Below, piece after piece: positions 28,556 to 37,493 of a DNA stretch of 64,000 bases (positions are counted from its first letter, which is position 1; each line of letters begins with the position of its first letter). The stretch comes from a virus (taxonomy: Duplodnaviria > Caudoviricetes), in the IMG/VR virus record IMGVR_UViG_3300020420_000671. One strand, written 5' to 3'. The position numbers and the translations under genes were made by a program. The notes under the pieces are model-generated. The model did not search any database. It was not told the DNA's origin and saw only the letters and a list, made by a program, of their open reading frames with translations.

Positions 28556-29776
28556 ATGGCAAACTTTTTAAATGGATTTTTAGACAACGTAGTATCAGGG
28601 GCTTTGAACCCAAAAGGAACTCTTGCTGATTATCAACATGGTGCTAGACTTTATGTAGATGATAGTCATAGGTTATCTCCTAAAGTAAAATTTCTTTATC
28701 ATGTGTCAATCGATATCAATAGAGAAGCATCAGCTATAATTCCGCAATTAGGAGCAAAACATATTAACGAACTTAATATGCTTGTCAAGTCAGTTGATCT
28801 TCCAAGATTCAATGTACAAACAGATGTGAAACATCAGTATAATAGAAAACGTGTTGTTCAAAAACGTATTGACTACCAACCTATAACTTTAACATTTCAT
28901 GACGATGCTTTTGGAGTTACTACTGCTTTGTGGGAGGCATACTACAGATATTATTATAGAGACGGACAATATTCAAGAACAATGCCAGCAGGAGCACCAG
29001 ATCCTTCAGTGCCAGAATTTCATAATCATGGTGCTTACAATAAAGGAGCGATATATGGAAAAACAATGTATCGATATGGCTTAGATAATGATAGTTTTGC
29101 TCCTTTCTTTAATAATATTACAATTTACCAACTGTCTAGAAAAAGATATACAGCTCTTACTTTAATAAATCCTATTATAGCATCTTGGTCACATGACACA
29201 ATGGATAACAGTGATGGCCAAACTCCTGTGGCTAACCAAATGGTTTTAGAATATGAAACAGTACATTACAGTAGAGGACCGATTGGTAAAGCAGGTCCAA
29301 AAGGTTTTGCTGAAGAACATTACGACAAGAGTCCAAGTCCTATTTCACTATCAGGTGGTGGAGCAGGCAGTTTGTTAGGTGCCGGTGGTGTATTAGCGGG
29401 AGCAGGTTCCGTACTAGCCGACATACAAGGCGGCAATGTTAGTTTTGGAACAGTTCTAAGAGCGGCAAACTCTGTACAAAATTTAGGTAGTCTTTCAAAG
29501 GCCGGTATAGGCCAAGAACTTATAGGTGAAGGATTAGATGCCATCGGACAAACAACAGGTATTGATGTTAGCGGTGTTGCGGGTGTAGCGTTTCCAAAAG
29601 GCGGCAGTGGTGGTCTTGGCGGAGGAAAAACTTTAGCACTTGCTGGCTTGGCAGTAGCAGGAGCAAAAGCATTTAATAATATGTCATCAAGTGGAGCTTC
29701 ATTATCCAAAGCAATGCCAGACACTAGTGGTACAAACGGTCCTGGATATGATGATCCTGATTATATAGGACCATAG
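28556..29776 (+). CDS. tail tube-like / tube initiator protein (gp19/gp54 fold) with Gly-rich C-terminus
   Basis: VKSVDLPRFNVQT....YNRKRVVQKRIDYQPITLTFHDD, MVLEYE. Confidence 0.6.
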   Translation: MANFLNGFLDNVVSGALNPKGTLADYQHGARLYVDDSHRLSPKVKFLYHVSIDINREASAIIPQLGAKHINELNMLVKSVDLPRFNVQTDVKHQYNRKRVVQKRIDYQPITLTFHDDAFGVTTALWEAYYRYYYRDGQYSRTMPAGAPDPSVPEFHNHGAYNKGAIYGKTMYRYGLDNDSFAPFFNNITIYQLSRKRYTALTLINPIIASWSHDTMDNSDGQTPVANQMVLEYETVHYSRGPIGKAGPKGFAEEHYDKSPSPISLSGGGAGSLLGAGGVLAGAGSVLADIQGGNVSFGTVLRAANSVQNLGSLSKAGIGQELIGEGLDAIGQTTGIDVSGVAGVAFPKGGSGGLGGGKTLALAGLAVAGAKAFNNMSSSGASLSKAMPDTSGTNGPGYDDPDYIGP

Positions 29777-29784
29777 GAAATACT

Positions 29785-30159
29785 ATGACTGAAACAAATT
29801 TACCAAGAAAACCAGATTCAAGAGATTCTTCAACAGTTGTAAAAAGATATTTTAATACCTACTACGGAAAAGAACTTGCTTTTCCAAGTAATGATGTTGA
29901 TGCTGTAATCGGCTTTTTAGAAAATAAAGGATTTGATAAATCTGCCGCACTCAGTACAGGAACAATATTATTAAAACAAGCAAAACTTGATGGTATCAAA
30001 GTATTTGAATTATTAGATACTTTGAAAGGTTTGGACAAACTACAATTAAGTTATACCGTTACACAGGTTTTAAATTTTAACAGACAAAAAATAAGCACTC
30101 TAGGATATAGAGTGACTGACACACGCAAGCCTACAGAATCCAGAAACATCATGGGGTAA
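29785..30159 (+). CDS. hypothetical protein in tail/head cluster
   Basis: ORF packed between structural genes. Confidence 0.6.
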   Translation: MTETNLPRKPDSRDSSTVVKRYFNTYYGKELAFPSNDVDAVIGFLENKGFDKSAALSTGTILLKQAKLDGIKVFELLDTLKGLDKLQLSYTVTQVLNFNRQKISTLGYRVTDTRKPTESRNIMG

Positions 30160-30162
30160 CCA

Positions 30163-30600
30163 ATGAAGCGTTGGGCTCAGGGTAAGTACACACTTAAAAA
30201 TCCAGACAAGTATGTAGGAAACAAAAGTCCAACTTATAGATCAAGTTGGGAATTTCATTTTATGAAATTCTGTGACGAAAATCCAGCGATAGCATCGTGG
30301 GCAAGTGAAGCTATTAAGATTCCATTTAGAAGTCCGTTAACAGGAAAGCCAACTGTATATGTACCAGACTTTTTTATCCAGTATAAAGATAAAAAAGGCA
30401 GAGCAAGAGTTGAGCTTATAGAAATTAAACCAAGCTCACAAGCAATGCGTGAAAATATAGGAAATAACAAACAGAATCAAGCGTCATATGTACTTAATAT
30501 GGCAAAATGGGAGGCCGCAAGTAAATACTGTAAGTCAAAAGGCATTAGATTCCGTGTAATTACAGAAATGGAATTGTTTCACCAGGGCAAACGTAAGTGA
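30163..30600 (+). CDS. head completion nuclease (T4 gp4-like)
   Basis: KNPDKYVG, YRSSWE, WASE..KIPFRSP, YVPDF, IEIKP, NMAKWEAA..YC...G..FRVITE. Confidence 0.88.
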   Translation: MKRWAQGKYTLKNPDKYVGNKSPTYRSSWEFHFMKFCDENPAIASWASEAIKIPFRSPLTGKPTVYVPDFFIQYKDKKGRARVELIEIKPSSQAMRENIGNNKQNQASYVLNMAKWEAASKYCKSKGIRFRVITEMELFHQGKRK

Positions 30601-30606
30601 TAAATA
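30599..30606 (+). promoter_or_regulatory. putative late promoter GATAAATA
   Basis: Overlaps gp4 stop, before small terminase-like gene. Confidence 0.55.
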
Positions 30607-30632
30607 ATAGTAGCATATAATGGATTCAAGCT

Positions 30633-31121
30633 ATGAGTAAAAAATTAGAAGAACTGCTAGATTTACCAGACTCAAAGGAAATAATCAAGCAGGAAAAAGA
30701 CAAAGAAAAACACGAAGTCATTCAGCAACAGAACGATACTTTACGTGACATAGCGGAAATGGACAAAATTTCTGCCGCTTTACCACAAGTAAAAGGCCTT
30801 GGAGAGATGGCTGATAAAGAACTAAATGAAGTAGCTGAAAAATCTATGGAAGCATATGAAGATTTAATGGATTTGGGCATGAATGTTGAATCAAGATATT
30901 CAGGTAGAGTATTCGAAGTAGCTGGTCAAATGCTTAAAACCAATTTAGATTCCAAAGTAGCTAAATTAGATAAAAAACTAAAAATGGTAGAATTACAACT
31001 TAGAAAAGAAAAACTAGATAAAGATGGCAAACCTGATGGTGACTCTATAGTACAAGGAGAAGGCTATATAGTTACAGACCGTAATAGTTTGCTGGAAAAA
31101 CTAAAGAATATGGATAAATAA
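30633..31121 (+). CDS. terminase small subunit (gp16-like)
   Basis: Helical/coiled-coil; LMDLG..ESRYSGRVFEVAGQMLK matches the R(A/V)(Y/F)EVAGQ pattern of T4-like marine phage gp16. Confidence 0.6.
   Translation: MSKKLEELLDLPDSKEIIKQEKDKEKHEVIQQQNDTLRDIAEMDKISAALPQVKGLGEMADKELNEVAEKSMEAYEDLMDLGMNVESRYSGRVFEVAGQMLKTNLDSKVAKLDKKLKMVELQLRKEKLDKDGKPDGDSIVQGEGYIVTDRNSLLEKLKNMDK
31113..31120 (+). promoter_or_regulatory. putative late promoter GATAAATA
   Basis: At end of gp16-like gene, before 31139 ORF. Confidence 0.5.
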
Positions 31122-31138
31122 TTTATAAGGACGGGAAT

Positions 31139-31702
31139 ATGTTTGAAAAATACCTAACAGAAGCAAAAAAAGAGTACAAATTTTCAATTGGTGTGGCAGG
31201 AGAGCTACCAGAAGGTTTTGCTGATTCTATGGAAACAGCATTACAACGTTTTAACGTTGTGTCAATGAGCCCAGGTAAGAAAACTCCTATACAGGAAAAA
31301 CCACTGGATTTTCCACAACTTTCAAACAGCGAAGTCACATACTATGAAGCAACATTAACATATCCGACAACACCACAAGTATTGTCAGAATACATTCCAC
31401 AGTGCACTGATATCGAAAGAGCTAGTATTATTGTGCGTACCGAGAATGATCCTGCTTTAGAGTACCAATCACAAAAAGAAGAAGACCCATATCAACCAAA
31501 ACTTGATACAGAAGATATGGGACAAGCTGTACCAAACGCACAGGAAACTGTTGGTGGTGAAAGAGTTATGAGTCTTTTGAAAGAATTAGAAACAGCTAGA
31601 AAAGAAACAGAAAACAGTCCAATAGCCGATGTCAAACCAGCACCAGAGAGCAAAGACATAAGCGACAATATTGGAACTAAATCACCGATAGGGAGTAAGT
31701 AA
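31139..31702 (+). CDS. putative head/virion protein
   Basis: N-terminal YLTE/A possible prohead-protease site; late box upstream. Confidence 0.5.
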   Translation: MFEKYLTEAKKEYKFSIGVAGELPEGFADSMETALQRFNVVSMSPGKKTPIQEKPLDFPQLSNSEVTYYEATLTYPTTPQVLSEYIPQCTDIERASIIVRTENDPALEYQSQKEEDPYQPKLDTEDMGQAVPNAQETVGGERVMSLLKELETARKETENSPIADVKPAPESKDISDNIGTKSPIGSK

Positions 31703-31703
31703 T

Positions 31704-32732
31704 ATGAATATGAAAGATATGATTCAGCAGATGACAGACATCGAAACTGAAGCAAAATCAAAAAAACAACAAATTAATGAAGCGGCATCAATGAACATTT
31801 CTATGACTGCTGATGATGCTGGACAAGTTGGACAGCTAATGTCAATGATGAAAAACGCAGGAATGAATCCTAAACCAGTAGGCGGAGATATGCCTATGCC
31901 AATGAGACATGACATTGATAAATTTAGACAAGCTGTAGACGCAAAATATGATGATCCAAAAATTCCAGGCAAAGACGATGTGCCAGGAGATATGGATCTT
32001 AAAGCAGGTTTACTTGGAAAAGGTTTAGCGGCAACAGGCGGAGCAGTAGGACTAGATGCTTTAGACAAAGCAACTGGTGGAGTAGGATCAGACATGGCGG
32101 CAACAGGAGCAGGAGCAGTTGCTGATTTAGTAGTACCTGGATCAAGTGCTATTGTTAAACCAATCGCAAAAGCCATTGCGCCAAAAGTAGCAGGAGCAAT
32201 AGGTGGAGCGGCTTTGGCTGACGATGAGACAAAAGAAGGCGATTATGCTAACGCACCAGACGAGGATTATGCTCCATACACAGACGTTATTAAAACAGGA
32301 AACGATCTTAACAAATCTAAAAAATCTTATCCAAAGGTAGCAGGCGGAGATAATCCTATGAATCTAGCAGATAAGATTAAAGAAGAGCTATCTGCTTTGT
32401 ACAAAGAATACCAAGTACCTGAAGAAGGTTACGCTAACAGACAACATCAAGAAATTGGTGATCAAATGTTTGTGTTTGCTCAGGAAATCAAAGACGGAAA
32501 ACATAGTTACGATTACATACTTGACGAGTTAAACAGCATGTTTGATATGGTTAAAAAATCCGGTGATAAAGTTTATATCAACGCATTCAAGGCTCTAAGG
32601 GGAATTCAACCTGAGGACGTTGGTGATGATAAAGACGGTGGTATGAATCAAAGTATGTCTAAGGCACAAGATGCTATTGATATTTTAGACGGTGCCGACG
32701 ATAGCGACTATCCACACATGGGCAAAATGTAA
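31704..32732 (+). CDS. putative internal head protein with glycine-zipper segment (paralogue A)
   Basis: Acidic; INE/AASMNISMTADD; DDPKIPGKDD; Gly/Ala hydrophobic stretch. Confidence 0.5.
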   Translation: MNMKDMIQQMTDIETEAKSKKQQINEAASMNISMTADDAGQVGQLMSMMKNAGMNPKPVGGDMPMPMRHDIDKFRQAVDAKYDDPKIPGKDDVPGDMDLKAGLLGKGLAATGGAVGLDALDKATGGVGSDMAATGAGAVADLVVPGSSAIVKPIAKAIAPKVAGAIGGAALADDETKEGDYANAPDEDYAPYTDVIKTGNDLNKSKKSYPKVAGGDNPMNLADKIKEELSALYKEYQVPEEGYANRQHQEIGDQMFVFAQEIKDGKHSYDYILDELNSMFDMVKKSGDKVYINAFKALRGIQPEDVGDDKDGGMNQSMSKAQDAIDILDGADDSDYPHMGKM

Positions 32733-32925
32733 AAATGAAGATGCGTGAACTTTTAAATAAGATGGACGCAATTGACACACCAGTCAATGAAGCCGCTTCA
32801 ATGAACATCAACATGACAGCAGATGATTGTAACGAAGTCGGCGAACTAATGAAATTAATGTCCAACGCTGGACTTACTCCAAAACCTTTATCAGCTACCA
32901 AAAAAGATGATCCAAAAATTCCAGG
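31950..32925 (+). repeat. 20-bp identical direct repeat GATGATCCAAAAATTCCAGG (31950-31969 and 32906-32925)
   Basis: Read directly; part of the paralogous duplication. Confidence 0.85.
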
Positions 32926-33100
32926 AAAAGATGACGTTGAAGGTGATAAAGATCTTCAAGCAGGAATGCTTGGAGGTATAGCAGGAGGATTAGGCGGTAG
33001 TGCATTAGGAACAGCTTTAGGCGGTCCAATAGGCGGTATAGTTGGTAGTATAGCCGGCGGAGCACTAGGCGATAAAATTACCGGCGACGGCATAGTATAA
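32735..33100 (+). CDS. putative internal head protein with glycine zipper (paralogue B)
   Basis: VNE/AASMNINMTADD; DDPKIPGKDD; GGIAGGLGGSALGTALGGPIGGIVGSIAGGALG. Confidence 0.55.
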   Translation: MKMRELLNKMDAIDTPVNEAASMNINMTADDCNEVGELMKLMSNAGLTPKPLSATKKDDPKIPGKDDVEGDKDLQAGMLGGIAGGLGGSALGTALGGPIGGIVGSIAGGALGDKITGDGIV

Positions 33101-33122
33101 TTCCCCCAAAACTTTGCGAATC

Positions 33123-33150
33123 AAATAGGCTCTCCGGAGCCTATTTTTTT
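33123..33150 (+). terminator. intrinsic terminator
   Basis: AAATAGGCTC-TCCG-GAGCCTATTT followed by T run. Confidence 0.85.
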
Positions 33151-33152
33151 GA

Positions 33153-33159
33153 GTAAATA
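33153..33159 (+). promoter_or_regulatory. putative late promoter GTAAATA
   Basis: After terminator, 7 nt before terminase ATG, no SD. Confidence 0.55.
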
Positions 33160-33166
33160 GTTTACT

Positions 33167-34753
33167 ATGGTTAAAAGTTTAGATGGCGTATTAACAAAAA
33201 AAGCCAACACAAGAGAAACATTTACAGAAGAGCAGATAGCTGATCTACAGGCTTGTGCTGATCCAAAAAATGGATATCTGTATTTTTGTCAAAAATTTTT
33301 TAACATTCAACATCCTGTAGCAGGTAAGATGTTGTTCGAACCATTCACATATCAACAAAAACTTTTAAACAGTTATCACGAACATAGATTTAACATTAAC
33401 ATGTTACCAAGGCAAAGTGGTAAGACTACAACTGCCGCCGGATATCTATTGTGGTTTGCTATGTTTCATCCTGATCAAACTATACTTATAGCGGCACACA
33501 AATACACAGGTGCCCAAGAGATCATGCAGAGGATTAGGTACGGTTATGAACTATGTCCTGACTTTATAAGAGCAGGAGTTGTCAATTACAACAAAGGATC
33601 AATGGAGTTTGAAAATGGTAGTAGAATTGTTAGTGCTACAACTACTGGAAATACTGGTAGGGGTATGTCTATTAGTTTACTTTATTGTGACGAGTTCGCG
33701 TTCGTAAGTCCAACTATTGCTGATGAATTTTGGACTTCCATATCTCCAACACTAGCAACAGGTGGTCGTGCTATTATTACATCAACACCTAATTCTGATG
33801 AAGACACATTTGCTGTAATTTGGAAAGAAAGTCAAAATAAATTTGATGCTAATGGTAATGAACAAGAAGTAGGTATGAATGGTTTCCATGGATTTACCGC
33901 TAAATGGGACGAACACCCTGATAGAGATGATGAATGGCGAGAAGCAGAAATAGGCAGAATAGGCGAAGAAAGATTTAGACGAGAATATGGCTGTGAATTT
34001 TTAGTTTATGATGAAACGCTTATCAACAGCATAAAACTTTCTACGCTCGAGTCCATTACTCCTAAAATGAATATGGGCCAAACACGTTGGTATGAAGATA
34101 TCAAATCTTCCGAAAATTATGTAGTAGCATTGGATCCTAGCATGGGTACAGGAGGTGACTTTGCGGCCATACAGGTTTTTGAAGTTCCAAGCTATAAGCA
34201 AGTTGCTGAGTGGAGACATAACGAAACTCCAATTCCCGCACAAATTAGAATACTTAAAGACATCTGTCAACATCTAAAAGATAATTGTAAAAATACTGGA
34301 ACAAATATCTACTGGAGCGTTGAAAATAATGCTATAGGAGAAGCGGCACTGATAGTAATTAACGACTACGGAGAAGAAAATATACCAGGACTTTTTATCA
34401 GTGAACCAATGCGTAAAGGTCATGTACGTAAGTTTAGAAAAGGATTCAACACAACACACGGCACCAAAATTACAGCTTGTAGTAGACTAAAAACAATGGT
34501 TGAAAATGATAAAATACAATTGAATAGTGCGGCTCTTATAACTGAGCTTAAGAATTACGTGGCAACAGGCACCAGTTTCAAAGCAAAAGTAGGACATACA
34601 GATGATCTAGTGAGTGCGACATTGTTAGCATTACGCATGATGGCTGTTTTGAAGGATTGGGATCCTAGAATATACAATTCCTTCAGTCAAGCTGAAGGTG
34701 AAGAGCCATTTGAACCCCCTATGCCTATATACGTTACAGGCGGTTTAGGATAA
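33167..34753 (+). CDS. terminase large subunit (gp17-like)
   Basis: LPRQSGKTT Walker A, LYCDEFAF Walker B, STPN, ALDPSMGTGGDF, DDLVSA nuclease motifs. Confidence 0.95.
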   Translation: MVKSLDGVLTKKANTRETFTEEQIADLQACADPKNGYLYFCQKFFNIQHPVAGKMLFEPFTYQQKLLNSYHEHRFNINMLPRQSGKTTTAAGYLLWFAMFHPDQTILIAAHKYTGAQEIMQRIRYGYELCPDFIRAGVVNYNKGSMEFENGSRIVSATTTGNTGRGMSISLLYCDEFAFVSPTIADEFWTSISPTLATGGRAIITSTPNSDEDTFAVIWKESQNKFDANGNEQEVGMNGFHGFTAKWDEHPDRDDEWREAEIGRIGEERFRREYGCEFLVYDETLINSIKLSTLESITPKMNMGQTRWYEDIKSSENYVVALDPSMGTGGDFAAIQVFEVPSYKQVAEWRHNETPIPAQIRILKDICQHLKDNCKNTGTNIYWSVENNAIGEAALIVINDYGEENIPGLFISEPMRKGHVRKFRKGFNTTHGTKITACSRLKTMVENDKIQLNSAALITELKNYVATGTSFKAKVGHTDDLVSATLLALRMMAVLKDWDPRIYNSFSQAEGEEPFEPPMPIYVTGGLG

Positions 34754-34756
34754 ATA
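34749..34756 (+). promoter_or_regulatory. putative late promoter GATAAATA
   Basis: 5 nt before ATG 34762. Confidence 0.55.
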
Positions 34757-34761
34757 TTAAT

Positions 34762-37374
34762 ATGAAAAACCTTGAATACATAGCAGACGAGCTTTTTAAC
34801 AAAATTAGAGGAAGATATCCTTCTGTTACTGTTGGTGACAATGACGCAACAATAACAAATATGCCAAAACAAGGCAGATTCTTTGAATTTGATTTCCAGC
34901 CAGGAAAAAAGGTAAGTATAAGTTTAGATGAGGATGGTATTGCTGTAATGTACAGCACTAAACTGTTTGATTCAAACGATGCCAGTTTAAAAAGTAACTG
35001 GTTCCGTTTTTTAAAAGAACTTAGACTGTTTGCTAAAAAGAGAATGTTAAACTTTGATACAAGAGATATTACAAAAAACAGTTTAGACAAAAGAGATTAT
35101 GAATATCTAAGCACGGAGAAACAAATGAGCGAATCGAAACTATACGGAACGAGCAGAACCAGTTTTCAAGACATTGGTTCAGCTAAAATGATTGTGAAGC
35201 ATTCACAGCCGATCAATAGAGAACAACCAGCAGGTAGAACAAGAGACATTGCTGGAATATACATTGAAAGTGAATCGGGAGAAAGATTTAAATATCCTAT
35301 GAAACACTTGAACGGAGCAAGGGCTATGTCCATGCACGTTGCCGAAGGTGGAACACCATATGATGACTTTGGTAAACACATCATCGGTCTTTCAGAAGAA
35401 CTATCCAAGCTAAGAAAATTCAAAACTTACATGAATCGCTCAAGTGTAATGGCTGAAGGACTTGCTGGCTATATGGATATTGTAAACGAAAGAATTGAAG
35501 CTGTAAAGAAAACGACACATGCGTTACAGTCAAAAGCAAAATACCAAGAAGCATTTAAGAACTTTGATAATACCGTGCTTGAAGAAGTTCCAGAAGATGT
35601 TTCAAACAGCTGGATTGACGAACTAACAATCAAACAGTTTAATGAAGAGCTCAAAGGTGTCTTTCCGTACATTTACAAACTTGTTAGTGAAGCAAACAAG
35701 GTTAAAGATCTTGGTCCAGAAGATTTGATAGGCGAAGGATTTGATCCTCAAGAGTTTAAAGGTGTGATTAAAGGATTTGAAGTATCCGGAGATGATGGTG
35801 AAGAAGAAGGAGCTGACATCCATTATACTGCTAAAATTGTAGATGGTAAGCCAGTAGTGGATCCAAAGTCAATTAAAGTACACGCATACGGTAATAATCC
35901 AAGTAGTAAATTAGGATATGACGTGGACAATGATACAGATATGATTATGAATTATGGTGGTGTAGACGCAGAAGAAATACTACGTTCAGCTCAAGAAGAT
36001 GCTGAAGAAGAATGGAATAATAGAGACAACAAATATGCCCATGGTGAAGATGTTGAAACCGAAGGTGCGGTAAAAGGTATGGTCATGGACATGGAAGACG
36101 ATGCGGCTGACATGTCAAGAGACGAATTCATTGAAAAATATGGAAGAGGTTATGCTGATATTTGGGATAAGGTAAATGACGAAGATTACATGGATCCGGA
36201 TTACATGTCACCAGAAAGCTATGATTTTGAACCAATCGCAGACGATATTATAAGTGGAGCAAAGTTCAATCAAGAAACACCAATGACAGAATATGAAAGA
36301 GCTTTTGAAGATTTTAAAATGGCGGCGGCCAATGCGGCGGCTAAAGGCGAAAAAGACTTTGAATATCCAAAAGGATCAGGAAAGAAACATCCAACCAAAA
36401 TGGATAAAGCAACAGCGGCAAAACTATTAGCTGACAGCCAAACCAACGAAGATGACGCAATCGCATTAGGTACTGTAGGTAAAAAGTATCTCGGTATGTA
36501 TAAAACCCATGGAGCAGATTACCTAGCCCAAGTGTTAAAAATGGACAAAGCAACATTTGGAAAAGAAATGGTAAAGGCTGATGGTGATCCAGCAAAATTA
36601 ATTCAAAACTTCCTTTCTAAAAGAGGATTCAACGAAGCACAACAGCTTGACGAATTGGCATTTCTTCCTTTCTTAATTCCGGCGGCGTCGGTAGCTATGA
36701 GGGGTCTTATGAATCCAGCGGTTAGACAAGGAGCAATGAAGGGCGGTAAAGCTGTAGTTGGTTGGGCACTGAAAAATCCAGTCAAAGCAACAGTCGGCAC
36801 AGCGGCCGCGACAAATCCTATAGATACCAAAAATGCAGTCGTAGGAGCAGTAGATGGTGCTAAAAAATTAAAAAAAGGAATCGACGATGCCGGCGAACTA
36901 GTTCAAAACGCAAAAAAAGCGGTTAGTGATATTGGTAACAAGATTCCAACCAAAGATGATTTAATCAAGCTACTTCCTGGTGTACCTAACTTAGGTGGAC
37001 TAGCATCAATAGCAAGACAATATGCATTGCCTGCGGCAGTAGTAGCGGCTTTGGCACTTGGCGGAGTAGCGGCATATAAAAAACTTTTTGGTGGAAAAAA
37101 AGAAGGTGATGATCAGGATACAGTAGATCTAAGTCCAAAAGGACAAGGTGACGAACTGAAAGGTCCACAAGAAACACCTTTAGATGAATTTGTGAAAAGC
37201 ATGTATGATTATACTCAAAATGCTTTTCCAAAAGGTGAAACAGCAGTATTAACTTCTGTACAGAAGAAGTATGGAGATAAAGCTGTTCCCGAAGCTGGTA
37301 AGATGATTGACGAGCTTTTAGCTGGTCAAGATAGTGAAATGGCAAGAATTCAAGCACTTGCTGGACTAAGATAA
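34762..37374 (+). CDS. putative multi-module internal head protein (870 aa)
   Basis: Late box; repeated xxE/(A,G,S) sites; acidic modules; two hydrophobic segments; C-terminal ARIQALAGL. Confidence 0.5.
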   Translation: MKNLEYIADELFNKIRGRYPSVTVGDNDATITNMPKQGRFFEFDFQPGKKVSISLDEDGIAVMYSTKLFDSNDASLKSNWFRFLKELRLFAKKRMLNFDTRDITKNSLDKRDYEYLSTEKQMSESKLYGTSRTSFQDIGSAKMIVKHSQPINREQPAGRTRDIAGIYIESESGERFKYPMKHLNGARAMSMHVAEGGTPYDDFGKHIIGLSEELSKLRKFKTYMNRSSVMAEGLAGYMDIVNERIEAVKKTTHALQSKAKYQEAFKNFDNTVLEEVPEDVSNSWIDELTIKQFNEELKGVFPYIYKLVSEANKVKDLGPEDLIGEGFDPQEFKGVIKGFEVSGDDGEEEGADIHYTAKIVDGKPVVDPKSIKVHAYGNNPSSKLGYDVDNDTDMIMNYGGVDAEEILRSAQEDAEEEWNNRDNKYAHGEDVETEGAVKGMVMDMEDDAADMSRDEFIEKYGRGYADIWDKVNDEDYMDPDYMSPESYDFEPIADDIISGAKFNQETPMTEYERAFEDFKMAAANAAAKGEKDFEYPKGSGKKHPTKMDKATAAKLLADSQTNEDDAIALGTVGKKYLGMYKTHGADYLAQVLKMDKATFGKEMVKADGDPAKLIQNFLSKRGFNEAQQLDELAFLPFLIPAASVAMRGLMNPAVRQGAMKGGKAVVGWALKNPVKATVGTAAATNPIDTKNAVVGAVDGAKKLKKGIDDAGELVQNAKKAVSDIGNKIPTKDDLIKLLPGVPNLGGLASIARQYALPAAVVAALALGGVAAYKKLFGGKKEGDDQDTVDLSPKGQGDELKGPQETPLDEFVKSMYDYTQNAFPKGETAVLTSVQKKYGDKAVPEAGKMIDELLAGQDSEMARIQALAGLR

Positions 37375-37405
37375 CCAAAATACCAGAAAAAGTCAAAAAA
37401 AACAC

Positions 37406-37434
37406 TTGACTTTATAAATATTATCGTGTAGTAT
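37406..37434 (+). promoter_or_regulatory. sigma70-type promoter TTGACT-17-TAGTAT with embedded late box TATAAATA (37413-37420)
   Basis: Intergenic, before SSB gene. Confidence 0.75.
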
Positions 37435-37442
37435 GTAACTTA

Positions 37443-37478
37443 TGTGCTACGCGATTAGGCACAATACAAAGGCTAATT
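37443..37478 (+). promoter_or_regulatory. candidate H-type RNA pseudoknot in the SSB mRNA leader
   Basis: S1 UGUGC/GCACA, S2 GAUUAG/CUAAUU, zero-nt central linker, just before SD AAGGAGG. Confidence 0.45.
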
Positions 37479-37493
37479 TAAAGGAGGCTTATT

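Noticed and set aside
32720-32740. Programmed frameshift or read-through fusing the two glycine-zipper paralogues
   Set aside because: No slippery heptamer or stimulatory structure; each ORF has its own equivalent N-terminus
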